In this document: positions 40,593 through 50,372 of the stretch, piece after piece
How the letters are laid out: each line of letters begins with the position of its first letter
How positions within the stretch are numbered: the first letter of the stretch is position 1
Assembly (NCBI GenBank): GCA_963733375.1
Contig: CAVTDB010000026.1
Location: 160,001-224,000, forward strand
Direction: 5' to 3'
Origin: Nitrospirota bacterium
GTDB lineage: Bacteria > Nitrospirota > JACRHJ01
DNA length: 64,000 nt
The notes under the pieces: generated by a model
Databases searched by the model: none
What the model saw: only the letters and a program-made list of their open reading frames with translations
Told to the model about the DNA's origin: nothing
Program-made: the position numbers and the translations under genes

Positions 40593-42186
40593 TTATTTCT
40601 GTCTCCTGGATTTTCTTCGGCAATGTTATTTCAAACACTGCGCCGCCGTTTTTGTTGCCGGCCTTTATCTCCCCGCCGTGCTTTTTTACGATATTGAATA
40701 CTATCGCAAGTCCAAGTCCGGTGCCCTTGTCCTTGGTGGTAAAAAACGGCTCGAATATCTTTTCCAGGTGTTGTGGTGAAATCCCCGGACCAGTGTCCGA
40801 TACCGTTATCTTAACGGCGTCCGCCGCGTCCTGTATCATAACGGCCAGGTCGCCCTGGCCTGCCATTGCATCTATCGCGTTTGCGAAAGTGTTTATGAAT
40901 ACCCGCTCCATCTGGCCTGCGTCCACCGGGATAACACATACGGGCGGGGCCTCAAACCGAAATTTTATCCCTTCGCGGCCGTATGCGCTGGCAGTATTAG
41001 CCAGCCCATACGCTTCCCGTATCAGCGGCACGATATCCGTCGGTGCAAGCTTCGGCTCCTGCCCCCGGGCGAAATCCAGGAGGTCCCCGATTATTCCCTT
41101 CACACGCTCGGTCTGTCCTACTATGTCTCCGACTACCTCTTTTATCTTCGGCGGCGAATCATCGTTAACCAGTTCTGCGAGTACCTGCGCCGACAGGTAT
41201 ATATTGTTCAGCGGATTATTAAGCTCGTGCGCCACACCCGACGCAAGGGTGCCTATCGCGGCGAGTTTCTTATTCTGCATGAGTTCTTCTGTTTTCTTCG
41301 CAAGCTCCCGTTCCCTTTGCGCGAGCTCATTTTCCATCGTGTTAAACTTCTCTACCAAAACATCTACCTCGTCTTTGTGCGTGGGATCCGCAGGCATGAG
41401 CGGCACCCTCGGATAGACCCCCCTGCCGGTGTGCTCGACTACGTTTGTCAGCATCTCAAGCCTCAGAGTTACGCTGCTCAGGATCAAGAAAATCGACCCC
41501 AGGCCTATCAGAAGAAATAGCGGAAACACGATCAGCAGGGCGAGTTGCGAGAGCTTAATCGTGTGCTCGACCCTGTCCCTCGCCGCCTTGTCCAGTTCCT
41601 TGATGCTGTCTATTATATCCTCGCCTGTCTTCCGGAGCCCCTTGATATCGCCGTCTACCGCCTTAAGACCCGAGACAAGCCTCTCATTCGGCGGCAGGCC
41701 GGCATTCTTTGTCAGGTATTCCGAGCTTTCGAGGGGACGCTCCATGAAAGTCATCTCTATCAGTGGGATAGACTTTGCGTATTTTGAATTTGCCGGTTCT
41801 CTGTGCCGCTGCATCTCTCTGTCAAGCGAGTCAAGCGAAGCTTCAATGCGGTCGAATTGGTCCCTGTATTTCGCCGTCAGGGAGTGAAGCCTCAAAAATT
41901 GTCCTCCCGCGTACGTTCGCTTAGTCACCGATAGGGTACCCAGTATCTCCTTCAGATATCTGTGCACCTCGGCTGATTCCTCAGCCGACTTCTGCGGGCC
42001 GTACAGGAAGAAGTTCTTTTCATGCCTTCTTATCTGAAGAGATTTTGTCCGGAGGGTATCAGTCAGTTCAAGAAAGGTGATCTCGTTTCGCATCTGGATA
42101 AAATTAACATATTCGAAAATAACCAGAAGGGCGATAATGGACGCGCTGATTAGAAATCCATATGTTATCTTCTTTTTCAGGAACAT
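40582..42186 (-). CDS. Sensor histidine kinase
   Basis: TM helices, SGVAHELNNPL, DTGPGI, FEPFFTTK, GTGLGL. Confidence 0.92.
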   Translation of the reverse strand: MFLKKKITYGFLISASIIALLVIFEYVNFIQMRNEITFLELTDTLRTKSLQIRRHEKNFFLYGPQKSAEESAEVHRYLKEILGTLSVTKRTYAGGQFLRLHSLTAKYRDQFDRIEASLDSLDREMQRHREPANSKYAKSIPLIEMTFMERPLESSEYLTKNAGLPPNERLVSGLKAVDGDIKGLRKTGEDIIDSIKELDKAARDRVEHTIKLSQLALLIVFPLFLLIGLGSIFLILSSVTLRLEMLTNVVEHTGRGVYPRVPLMPADPTHKDEVDVLVEKFNTMENELAQRERELAKKTEELMQNKKLAAIGTLASGVAHELNNPLNNIYLSAQVLAELVNDDSPPKIKEVVGDIVGQTERVKGIIGDLLDFARGQEPKLAPTDIVPLIREAYGLANTASAYGREGIKFRFEAPPVCVIPVDAGQMERVFINTFANAIDAMAGQGDLAVMIQDAADAVKITVSDTGPGISPQHLEKIFEPFFTTKDKGTGLGLAIVFNIVKKHGGEIKAGNKNGGAVFEITLPKKIQETEINAV

Positions 42187-42370
42187 GAAGGCCTCATTTG
42201 TTCAATTTGAAACATTATAAGCTTTAAGGCATTGGATGTCCAAAAATTTTTTCACCTTCGGGTCGATGAGTTTAAGAAAAGCAGTAGGGACTTTGGGGGG
42301 CAGGGGGGGCGCAAAAAAGGGGGTTAAACAAAAAAAGGAATTGCAAGTTCGCAACCCCTTTTGGTAAATT

Positions 42371-42448
42371 TGGCGTCCCCCGGGGGATTTGAACCCCCGT
42401 CGCCGCCGTGAAAGGGCGGTGTCCTGGGCCAGGCTAGACGAGGGGGAC
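42371..42448 (-). tRNA. tRNA-Glu (TTC)
   Basis: GTCCCCCTCGTCTAGCCTGGCCCAGGACACCGCCCTTTCACGGCGG...GTTCAAATC...CCA cloverleaf, anticodon TTC. Confidence 0.95.
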
Positions 42449-42618
42449 GGGTTTTGGCGTGCAGGTAAATATACAGAAAGACATGACTTCCTGTCAAGCC
42501 ATATTTTTGAACGCCGGCAGGATTATTTAGCTGGACTTTTGGCATTTTCATTAATATAATCAAAACGCGTTTTGCGCCTCGCCCGGCAAGATACCCTTCC
42601 TTCGGGCAAGATAATTAT

Positions 42619-42633
42619 TGATAATTATTATCA
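42619..42633. promoter_or_regulatory. Fur-family box (perfect 7-1-7)
   Basis: TGATAAT-T-ATTATCA with an extra GATAAT hexamer upstream; lies just before the FDH operon. Confidence 0.65.
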
Positions 42634-42680
42634 TTTCATGATAGGATTACAGAAACTGTAATTCTAATACGCGGAGAGCC

Positions 42681-43220
42681 ATGAGAAGCGTAATGGAAAT
42701 CAAAAAGCTCAATAAAAAAAACCCGGAAAAGGCTTCAAAACCCCGGAAAAAGGTGAAGCCGAAGGTGGACCTGTCTCTGATAGAGAAGGTGCTGGAGGGA
42801 ATAGACACCAATGCCAGGGACATATTCCTGCCGGTCCTGAGGCGCACCCAGGAAGTATATGGATTTATCCCGCAGGAGGCGGTTACGGAGCTGGCGAAGC
42901 GGCTTAAAACCACCCCCGCCCATCTTTATGGGGTAGCCACTTTTTACGACCAGTTCTCGCTCGCCCCGCAGGGGAGAAACGTCATCAGGCTTTGCACGAA
43001 TATGGCCTGCAACGTGAACGGGGCGGAGACGCTCCTTGGCTTGCTGCGAAGCAAGCTGAAGCTTACAAAGGGCAATACCACCGCGGACGGCAGATATACG
43101 GTTATCGAGTCCGAGTGCATAGGCTCCTGCGGGCGGGCGCCCGCGATGATGATAAACGACGACTTTCACTACGACCTGACTCCCCAGAAGATAGAAAAGA
43201 TACTGGCGAGGTATAAATGA
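42681..43220 (+). CDS. NuoE-like [2Fe-2S] subunit of NAD-linked formate dehydrogenase
   Basis: YGVATFY, CTNMAC...CIGSCGRAP. Confidence 0.88.
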   Translation: MRSVMEIKKLNKKNPEKASKPRKKVKPKVDLSLIEKVLEGIDTNARDIFLPVLRRTQEVYGFIPQEAVTELAKRLKTTPAHLYGVATFYDQFSLAPQGRNVIRLCTNMACNVNGAETLLGLLRSKLKLTKGNTTADGRYTVIESECIGSCGRAPAMMINDDFHYDLTPQKIEKILARYK

Positions 43221-44497
43221 GCAAGGTGCTCCTTAAGAACATAGACACTCCGAACAGCCAGGACATAGACGTTTACCTCTCGTCCGGCGGATACACCGCG
43301 CTGAAGAAGGCATACTCCATGACGCCCCGCGAGGTCACGGACGAAGTAATCAAGTCCGGCCTTAAAGGCAGGGGCGGCGCGTGGTATCCGGCCGGGAAGA
43401 AATGGGAAGTAAGCCTTGACATAGACAAGAAGCCGAAGTACTTAATCGCCAACGCCGACGAGGGCGAGCCCTGCACGTTCAAGGACCGGCCCTTCCTCGA
43501 GAAGGACCCGCACATGCTGATCGAGGGCATGTTGATCGCGGCCTACGCCTTTGGCGCGGAATTCGGCTACATCTATATCCGGGGCGAATATCCGGAAGGC
43601 GCGGAGGTATTGAACGCCGCCATAAAGCAGGCCGAAAAGAGGGGCTACCTTGGGAAAAATATTCTCGGCACGGCAAATAATTTTGAGTTGAAGGTTTACA
43701 GGGGCGCGGGCTCCTACGTATGCGGAGAGGCCTCGGCGCTTATCGAGTCTTTGGAAGGCAGGCGCGGACATTACCGCACCAGGCCGCCGTACATGGCCGT
43801 CGAAGGCGCCTTCTCCATGCCGACCGTGGTGAATAACGTAGAGACCCTGGTGAACGTCCCGCATATCATAGAGCGGGGCGCGGAATGGTTTGCCGCTATA
43901 GGCTCTCCGAAATCTCCGGGCCCAAAAATATTCAGCCTGAGCGGGAATGTGGAGCGGCCCGGCCTCTACGAGCTGCCGACCGGGATTACCTTGCGCGAAC
44001 TGATTTATAAACACGGCGGGGGTATCAGGGGCGGCAAGGAACTGAAGGCCGTAATACCGGGCGGTCTCGCTACTTCCGCGCTGACAAAAGAGCATCTGGA
44101 CGTCAGGATGGACGTGGACTCGCTCCGGGCGGTCGGGACTTCCATAGGCTCCGGCTCGGTCACCGTCATGGATGAGGACGTCTGCATGGTCCATGCGGCG
44201 AGACGGGCCGCGAAGTTCTTCTCTCACGAGTCCTGCGGCAAGTGCGCCCCGTGCAGGGAAGGCACCAAAAGGATGCACGAGCTTTTAATAAAGATAACGG
44301 ACGGGAAGGGCAAAGAGTCCGACCTGGAGCTTATGCGCGAACTGGGCGAGACGGTCCAGGGGACGGCGCTCTGCGGCCTGGGCGAGAGCTGCGCGAACTT
44401 CATCCTGTCCACCCTGAAATATTTCAGGCATGAATATATGATGCATATAAAGGAAAAGGCCTGCCCGGAGAAGTCATGCAAGGCCCTGGCGGTTTAA
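43217..44497 (+). CDS. NuoF-like FMN/NADH-binding subunit
   Basis: GLKGRGGA, NADEGEP, GAGSYVCGE, ESCGKCAPCREG, LCGLG. Confidence 0.92.
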   Translation: MSKVLLKNIDTPNSQDIDVYLSSGGYTALKKAYSMTPREVTDEVIKSGLKGRGGAWYPAGKKWEVSLDIDKKPKYLIANADEGEPCTFKDRPFLEKDPHMLIEGMLIAAYAFGAEFGYIYIRGEYPEGAEVLNAAIKQAEKRGYLGKNILGTANNFELKVYRGAGSYVCGEASALIESLEGRRGHYRTRPPYMAVEGAFSMPTVVNNVETLVNVPHIIERGAEWFAAIGSPKSPGPKIFSLSGNVERPGLYELPTGITLRELIYKHGGGIRGGKELKAVIPGGLATSALTKEHLDVRMDVDSLRAVGTSIGSGSVTVMDEDVCMVHAARRAAKFFSHESCGKCAPCREGTKRMHELLIKITDGKGKESDLELMRELGETVQGTALCGLGESCANFILSTLKYFRHEYMMHIKEKACPEKSCKALAV

Positions 44498-44513
44498 GCC
44501 TTAAGGAGAGGCG

Positions 44514-45278
44514 ATGCACGAACTGATAATCGACGGAAAACCGGTTGCCTTTAATTCCGGTGAGACCATCCTCCAGGCGGCGAAGAAGGCCGGGATCTAC
44601 ATCCCGACGCTCTGCTGGGACGAAAGGCTGAAACCATCCGGCGCGTGCAGGATGTGCGTCGTGGAGGTGGAAGGCAGCCACAGGCTTGCCGCCGCCTGCC
44701 ACACGCCCGCGAGGAGCGGCTGGGTGGTGCATACGGCCTCGCAGAAGGTGCACGAGGCAAGGAAGCTCATAGTCGAGCTGATGCTGGCGTCGCACCCGGG
44801 CGAGGAGGAATGCTCCGACTGCGTGAAATGCGGCAGCTGCGTGCTCCAGAGCTGGGCTTACGCGTACGGCCTCCGGGAGCCGGCGATGCCGATGACCTGC
44901 CGCCACTGCGAGAAGCCATATTGCAAGGAAGTCTGCCAGAGCGGCGCGATAATAAAAAAGGGCAATGTCGTCTTTATCGATTATAAAAAATGCAACGGTT
45001 GCAGAGAGTGCGCGATGGTCTGCCCGTCCGGGATAATCATGTGGGACGGCAAGAAGATGACCGTCCGCAAATGCGACCTCTGCATAGATGAAACTTCCAA
45101 AGGCGGTCTGCCCGCCTGCGCCAGCGTCTGCCCGTCCGGTGCCCTGGAATTTGACGACATGGATGTCATAACGGGCCGGAAAAAGAAAAAGGCCGCGGAA
45201 AAAATCCGCACGGCGGCATTGGCAGGAAACTCCAAAAGAGGACAGGTAACGAGGGGACCGCATAGATGGCGAAAGTGA
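44514..45278 (+). CDS. Fe-S subunit: NuoG-like N-terminus fused to the C-terminal part of a HycB/CooF-like ferredoxin
   Basis: IPTLC...GACRMCVVE...AAC; H..CSDCVKCGSC; CRHCEKPYCKEVC, CNGCRECAMVCP, KCDLC...PACASVCP. Confidence 0.8.
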   Translation: MHELIIDGKPVAFNSGETILQAAKKAGIYIPTLCWDERLKPSGACRMCVVEVEGSHRLAAACHTPARSGWVVHTASQKVHEARKLIVELMLASHPGEEECSDCVKCGSCVLQSWAYAYGLREPAMPMTCRHCEKPYCKEVCQSGAIIKKGNVVFIDYKKCNGCRECAMVCPSGIIMWDGKKMTVRKCDLCIDETSKGGLPACASVCPSGALEFDDMDVITGRKKKKAAEKIRTAALAGNSKRGQVTRGPHRWRK

Positions 45279-47748
45279 ACAAAGTTCTTTTTACGCACCC
45301 GGATAAATGCATAAACTGCAAGACCTGCGAAGACGCCTGCGCCGAGGCCCACGACGGCATATCCAATATCGAAGTGGTGGCCTTCCCGAAAAAAGGCAGG
45401 TTCGGCGGCGAGAACCACAAATATGAAACCGTCCTCACCGACCCCTTCATAGTCAGGGACAACAACAAGTGCGTGATGTGCGGCAAGTGCGTCCGCATCT
45501 GCCAGGAGGTCGAGGGCAGGGGAGTCCTGACGCTGTCCAACCGCGGTTTCGGGACAAAGGTGGAGCCCGCGTTCAACCTGCCGCTTAAAGAGACCGGCTG
45601 CAGTTTCTGCGGCCACTGCGTCTCCGTCTGTCCGGTCGGCGCCCTTGTCGAGAAAGATACATTTACAAAGGACCGTACCTGGCGCGATTTCCTGCTGAAG
45701 AAGACGGAGACCACCTGCGCGTACTGCGGCTGCGGCTGCGTTATGGAGATAAATTCCAAGGACGGGGTCATAGCCAAGATAACGTCGCTCCGTCGGCAAG
45801 GGTTCCAACAACGGGAGCCTGTGCGTCAAGGGGCGTTTCGGGTATGAGTTCGTGAACAGCCCGGACAGGCTCAAAATACCGCTCATCCGCACCAGTTCGA
45901 AAAAAGCCGCGCCGAAATTCCGGCAGGCGTCATGGGGCGAGGTCCTGAAGCTTATAGCGAAAAAGTTTTCCGCCGCAAAGAAGAAAAATCCCGATTCGTT
46001 CGCCGCGCTCTCATCCGCCCGCTGCACCAACGAAGAGAACTATATCTTTCAGAAGTTCGCCCGCATGGGGATGGGGACGAATAACGTCGACCACTGCGCG
46101 AGGCTCTGTCACGCGTCCACGGTAACGGGTCTCCTCGATGGCCTTCGGCAGCGGCGCTATGACGAACTCCATCGCCGACCTGGAAAATGCGGAGATAATA
46201 TTCGTCATCGGCTCCAATACCACCGAATCTCATCCCATAATCGGTCTTCGGATAAAGAAGGCCGTGCGGGAGCGGGGCGCGAAGGTTATACTCTGCGACC
46301 CGAGGAAGATTGAGCTTGCCGATTACGCATCTATATGGATGAGGCAGAAGCCCGGCACGGACGTTGCCCTGCTTAACGGGTTGATGAACGTCATCGTCCA
46401 CCAGCACCACCAGAAGCACAGGTCGTTCATAAAAGACCGGACGGAAAATTACGAAGAATTTTATAACTCGATAAAGGATTTCACTCCGGAGATGGCATCC
46501 GAAATTACCGGAGTCCCTGCCGAGCAGATCCGCAATGCCGGGACCATGCTTGCGCGTTCAAATGCCGCGTGCTTCGTCTATTCCATGGGCATCACCCAGC
46601 ACACGACCGGCGTTGACAACGTCCTCTCCGTGGCTAATATCGCAATGCTTACCGGCAACATCGGCAGGACCGGGACGGGAGTCTATCCGCTCCGGGGCCA
46701 GAACAACGTGCAGGGCGCATGCGACATGGGCGCGCTCCCTAACGTTTATCCCGGATACCAGAACGTCGCGGATGCGGCGGCGAGGGAAAAGTTCGAGAAG
46801 GCCTGGGGGACAAAGCTGCCCGAGGCGCCCGGCCTTACAGTCACCGAGATAATGGACGCCGTTTCGCACGGGACAATAAATACCCTGTATATCATGGGGG
46901 AGAACCCGGTGCTTTCCGACCCGGACTCAACCCATGTGAAGAAGGCGCTCAAGAAGGTGGACTTCCTGGTAGTGCAGGATATATTCCTGACCGAGACGGC
47001 GCAGCTCGCGGACGTCGTCCTGCCCGCGTTCTCATGGGCGGAGAAAGACGGCACTTTCACCAATACGGAGCGGCGCGTCCAGCTTGTCCGTTCGGCTATA
47101 CCGGCGCCGGGGGAGGCGAAGGCGGACTGGGAGATTGTAAAGCTTATCGCGGAAACGATGGGGCTCGCCGGATTTAAATTTAATGCCGCGCGCAACATAT
47201 TCCGCGAAATGGCGACCCTCACGCCTCAGTACGCCGGCATGGGACATGGGAGGCTGGAGGAGACCGGCGGACTATGCTGGCCGTGCCCGACGCCGGACCA
47301 TCCGGGGACGCCGATACTTCACACGGAGAAATTCACGCGGGGTCTCGGCAAGTTCCACGCCGTGAGTTTCAGGCCGCCCGCCGAAAACCCGGACAAGGAA
47401 TATCCCTACCTCCTTACGACCGGCAGGATACTCCAGCATTACCATACCGGCACTATGACGAGGCGCGTCGGGGGCTTAAACCATATCGTCCCGGAGGCGT
47501 TTGTCGAGATAAATCCGAAAGACGCCACAAAATTGAAGGTAGGCGAGGGAGATTTTCTGAAGGTTGCGTCGCGCCGGGGCGAGATAAAGATAAAAGCGCG
47601 GGTCACCGAGCGCGTGACAAAGGGAGTAGTATTCATACCCTTCCATTTCGCCGAGGCGTCCGCGAACGTCCTGACCTCGGCCAACGTGGACCCGCTGGCG
47701 AAGATACCGGAGTACAAAGTCAGCGCGGTAAAGATCGCGAAGGCATAA
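45266..47748 (+). CDS. fdhF: Formate dehydrogenase alpha subunit (Mo/W-bisPGD, Cys-type); frameshifts near 45790-45850 and 46135
   Basis: CVMCGKCVRIC, CSFCGHCVSVCP, TTCAYCGCGC, SARCTNEENY, DHCARLCHAST, RGQNNVQGACDMG, PEYKV. Confidence 0.88.
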
Positions 47749-47768
47749 GAAAGCTGATTTCTAATTAT

Positions 47769-47799
47769 AGGGGCCGACCGCAGTGTCGGCCCTTTCTTA
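47769..47799 (+). terminator. Intrinsic terminator after the fdh operon
   Basis: agggccgac-cgcagt-gtcggccct followed by ttcttatt. Confidence 0.7.
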
Positions 47800-47856
47800 T
47801 TTGCCGCCCCCCAAAGATTCCTTGATTACCGGTTCCATTATCTTTTAAAATAATAC

Positions 47857-48714
47857 ATGGACGAAATAGAAAAAAGAGTCCGTGACGCCCTCGATGCGGA
47901 TACGGACGGCATCGGCAAATTCCTGAAAGACCCCTCCGACAAGGTCATCCTCTCGCTGCTCGCTAACCGCAATATTAACGAGGAACACCTGGTCGTCCTG
48001 GCGAAGAGGCGAGATTTGGCCGGCGTCATCCTGGAAGCGGTGGGGGCAAGGAAATTCGGGCCGGAGGGCTACCGGGTAAAGCTCGCGCTTGTCACGAACC
48101 CGAAGACTCCGAGGCGGATGGCGCTTTCTTTCCTGAGAGATTTAAGGCTGCGGGATCTGGGGTTCGTCACGCGGAATAAGGCGATTCCCACCGAGCTCAG
48201 GCAGGCCGCGGAGGGGATAATAAAAGAGAAGCTTCCAATGCTGCCGCCGGGAATAAAAATATCCCTTGCCAGGCAGGTCTCGGAAGAGGTGGTGAAGTAC
48301 CTGCTTGCCGAGGGAAACCCGATGGTGGTAAAGGCGTGTTTTGAGAATACCATGATGAATGAGGCGGTGGCGCTGTGGGCGATAAACCATAAAAAAACGC
48401 CGCCGACCACGATAGAAAATATCTCGGCGCATCAGAAATGGTCCGCGTATAAATCCGTCAGGTTCGCGCTTTCACGGAACCCGCTTACGCCAGTTGAGCG
48501 GGCGATTGAATTCGTGCGGGGGATGAACTCGTTTGACCAGCGCTACCTGTACAATGACCCGTCGGTCCCGGCAGCCGTAAAGGTGCAGGTGGAGATAGAA
48601 CTCGAAAGGAAGGGACAGCCGCTGTTTCCGCCGAATGAGGCGGGGAGGGTGATAGGCGTGCCGGAGCCGCCGGAAGCGCCGGAAGCGCCGGAAGCGCCGG
48701 AAGAAGAGGAATAA
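47857..48714 (+). CDS. Hypothetical protein with LRV-like helical repeats
   Basis: Repeated V..AL..NP.TP motifs; C-terminal PEA tandem repeats. Confidence 0.6.
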   Translation: MDEIEKRVRDALDADTDGIGKFLKDPSDKVILSLLANRNINEEHLVVLAKRRDLAGVILEAVGARKFGPEGYRVKLALVTNPKTPRRMALSFLRDLRLRDLGFVTRNKAIPTELRQAAEGIIKEKLPMLPPGIKISLARQVSEEVVKYLLAEGNPMVVKACFENTMMNEAVALWAINHKKTPPTTIENISAHQKWSAYKSVRFALSRNPLTPVERAIEFVRGMNSFDQRYLYNDPSVPAAVKVQVEIELERKGQPLFPPNEAGRVIGVPEPPEAPEAPEAPEEEE

Positions 48715-48831
48715 TCTCAATCTCGGCCCAATAACCCTCCGGCCCAAAAAAGGCGACCTGAGGTGCCTCCGGACACGAACTTCGCCCCAATATCCGGCTT
48801 TAACAGTCCTGCCCCGGTGCCCCGGGCCCGG

Positions 48832-49041
48832 TTATTTTTCTACTTTATACCCTGCCTCCGCGACCGCTTCCGCCATCTTATTTGTATCGACCGCCGCTTC
48901 ATCATAAGTGACCTCGGCTGATTTCGCCTTCAGGTCCACCTTTGCGGTAGAAACTCCAGCCAGGTCCTTGAGCGCGTTCTCCACGTGCATCGCGCAGTGG
49001 CCGCAGGTCATTCCAGATACTGAAAGCTTAACCGTCTTCAT
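48832..49041 (-). CDS. copZ: Copper chaperone CopZ (HMA)
   Basis: GMTCGHC metal-binding motif, 69 aa. Confidence 0.9.
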   Translation of the reverse strand: MKTVKLSVSGMTCGHCAMHVENALKDLAGVSTAKVDLKAKSAEVTYDEAAVDTNKMAEAVAEAGYKVEK

Positions 49042-49044
49042 ATA

Positions 49045-49776
49045 TCAGACTCCGATTTTAAGATAATGCATTATATTGCCGGAAAGGGACTCGAACTGCC
49101 CGAAGAACATAAGCGCGCCCACGGAAATAAGGAGCAGGGCGGTCGCGACTTCTATAATCCTGAAGTGGTGTTTTACGCGGTTAAAGAGGGGCATGAAGAA
49201 ATTTATCGCAAGAGACGTCAGGAAAAACGGCAGCGCAAGGCCCAGCGTGTACAGTGAGAGGAGCCGTATGGCTTCCCATTGGCTCTGGGAGGAAAGGCCC
49301 ATGCCGACAATGGAAGCGAGTATAGGCCCGACGCAGGGCGTCCACCCTGCGGAGAAGGCTATGCCGACGATGAACGAGCCGAGATAGCCGGAGGGAATTT
49401 TGTGGATATGGGCCCGCTTCTCCTTGTACAGCCATTTCAATTTGAATACGCCCAGGAAATGCAGCCCGAACAAAAAGATCAATACCCCGCCAATCTTCCC
49501 GACAAGACTCCTGTGTTCCCTGAGCGCCCCGGAGAGAAGGGTGGTCCCCGCGCCGAAAACGACTATAAAAATAAAGGCGAACCCGGCGATGAAACAAAGA
49601 GTCTTCAGCACCACCCTGCGCTGGGCCGATTTTCCAAGGTTACTCTGGTACTCCTGTATGGACATCCCTGTGATGTATGAGAGGTAAGCCGGAATAAGCG
49701 GCAGGACGCAAGGCGAAAAAAAAGACAGAAGTCCCGCGGAAAAGGCCATCAGGTAAGTGACCCCATACGTGAACAT
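49045..49776 (-). CDS. ccdA: Cytochrome c biogenesis/thiol-redox protein CcdA
   Basis: AGLLSFFSPCVLPL and GWTPCVGPIL motifs. Confidence 0.92.
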   Translation of the reverse strand: MFTYGVTYLMAFSAGLLSFFSPCVLPLIPAYLSYITGMSIQEYQSNLGKSAQRRVVLKTLCFIAGFAFIFIVVFGAGTTLLSGALREHRSLVGKIGGVLIFLFGLHFLGVFKLKWLYKEKRAHIHKIPSGYLGSFIVGIAFSAGWTPCVGPILASIVGMGLSSQSQWEAIRLLSLYTLGLALPFFLTSLAINFFMPLFNRVKHHFRIIEVATALLLISVGALMFFGQFESLSGNIMHYLKIGV

Positions 49777-49781
49777 CTATT

Positions 49782-50372
49782 TTATTTCGCCCCTTTCGAG
49801 ACGTAGTCGTCCCACGTCATATCCTTGTATTTTCCGGTCTTTACGAACTGCAGGTATTTGAGAAACTCGTCCGGCGCAAGGTAGCCGTTCAGCACGGCGG
49901 CCTTGTTCCCGTCCTTGTCCAGAAAATATACGGTGGGATAGCTCGCTACCTTGTACTTGTCCGCAAGCTCGGACATGGTTATCTGGCGCATCTCGTAGGT
50001 CACTTTATTCTTCGACTCGGAATCCACCTTCACCGGCACGAAGTCCGCGTTTAAAGCCTGGGCCACCTTAGGGTCGGAATAAGTGGTTTTGTCGAGTTCC
50101 TTGCACCACTTGCACCACTGGGCAAAGAAATCCACCATCACGAATTTATTCTCTTTCCTGGCCTTCACGAGCGCATCGTCGTATGAAGACCACTGGACCG
50201 TATTCTTCTCCGCCTCCGCCTCATTTACGGCCTCCTGGTGGAGGTCTTTCACCGGATTTGCCTTCTGCTCCACTTCGGACTTGTCTACCGCTCCAGCGCA
50301 CGAGGGCAGGACAAGAGCCGCCAGCAGAAGAGCGAATAAAACTGCCGTCTTAACCGCCGAATGGTGACGCAT
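49782..50372 (-). CDS. Periplasmic thioredoxin-fold lipoprotein (SoxW-like)
   Basis: WCKWC, cis-Pro YPT, GYLAP. Confidence 0.82.
   Translation of the reverse strand: MRHHSAVKTAVLFALLLAALVLPSCAGAVDKSEVEQKANPVKDLHQEAVNEAEAEKNTVQWSSYDDALVKARKENKFVMVDFFAQWCKWCKELDKTTYSDPKVAQALNADFVPVKVDSESKNKVTYEMRQITMSELADKYKVASYPTVYFLDKDGNKAAVLNGYLAPDEFLKYLQFVKTGKYKDMTWDDYVSKGAK

Noticed and set aside
42371-42448. tRNA-Glu as an integration site
   Set aside because: No integrase and no duplicated tRNA 3' end seen in the window
42681-45278. Complex I (nuoEFG) or FeFe-hydrogenase operon
   Set aside because: No membrane nuo genes and no H-cluster motifs; followed by a Mo/W FDH catalytic subunit
46085-46125. Selenocysteine recoding in FDH (or in the hydrogenase large subunit)
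   Set aside because: The active-site codons are Cys (RLCHAS; DPCLAC), not TGA
48661-48705. 9-bp tandem repeat ccggaagcg
   Set aside because: An in-frame low-complexity PEA tail; ordinary
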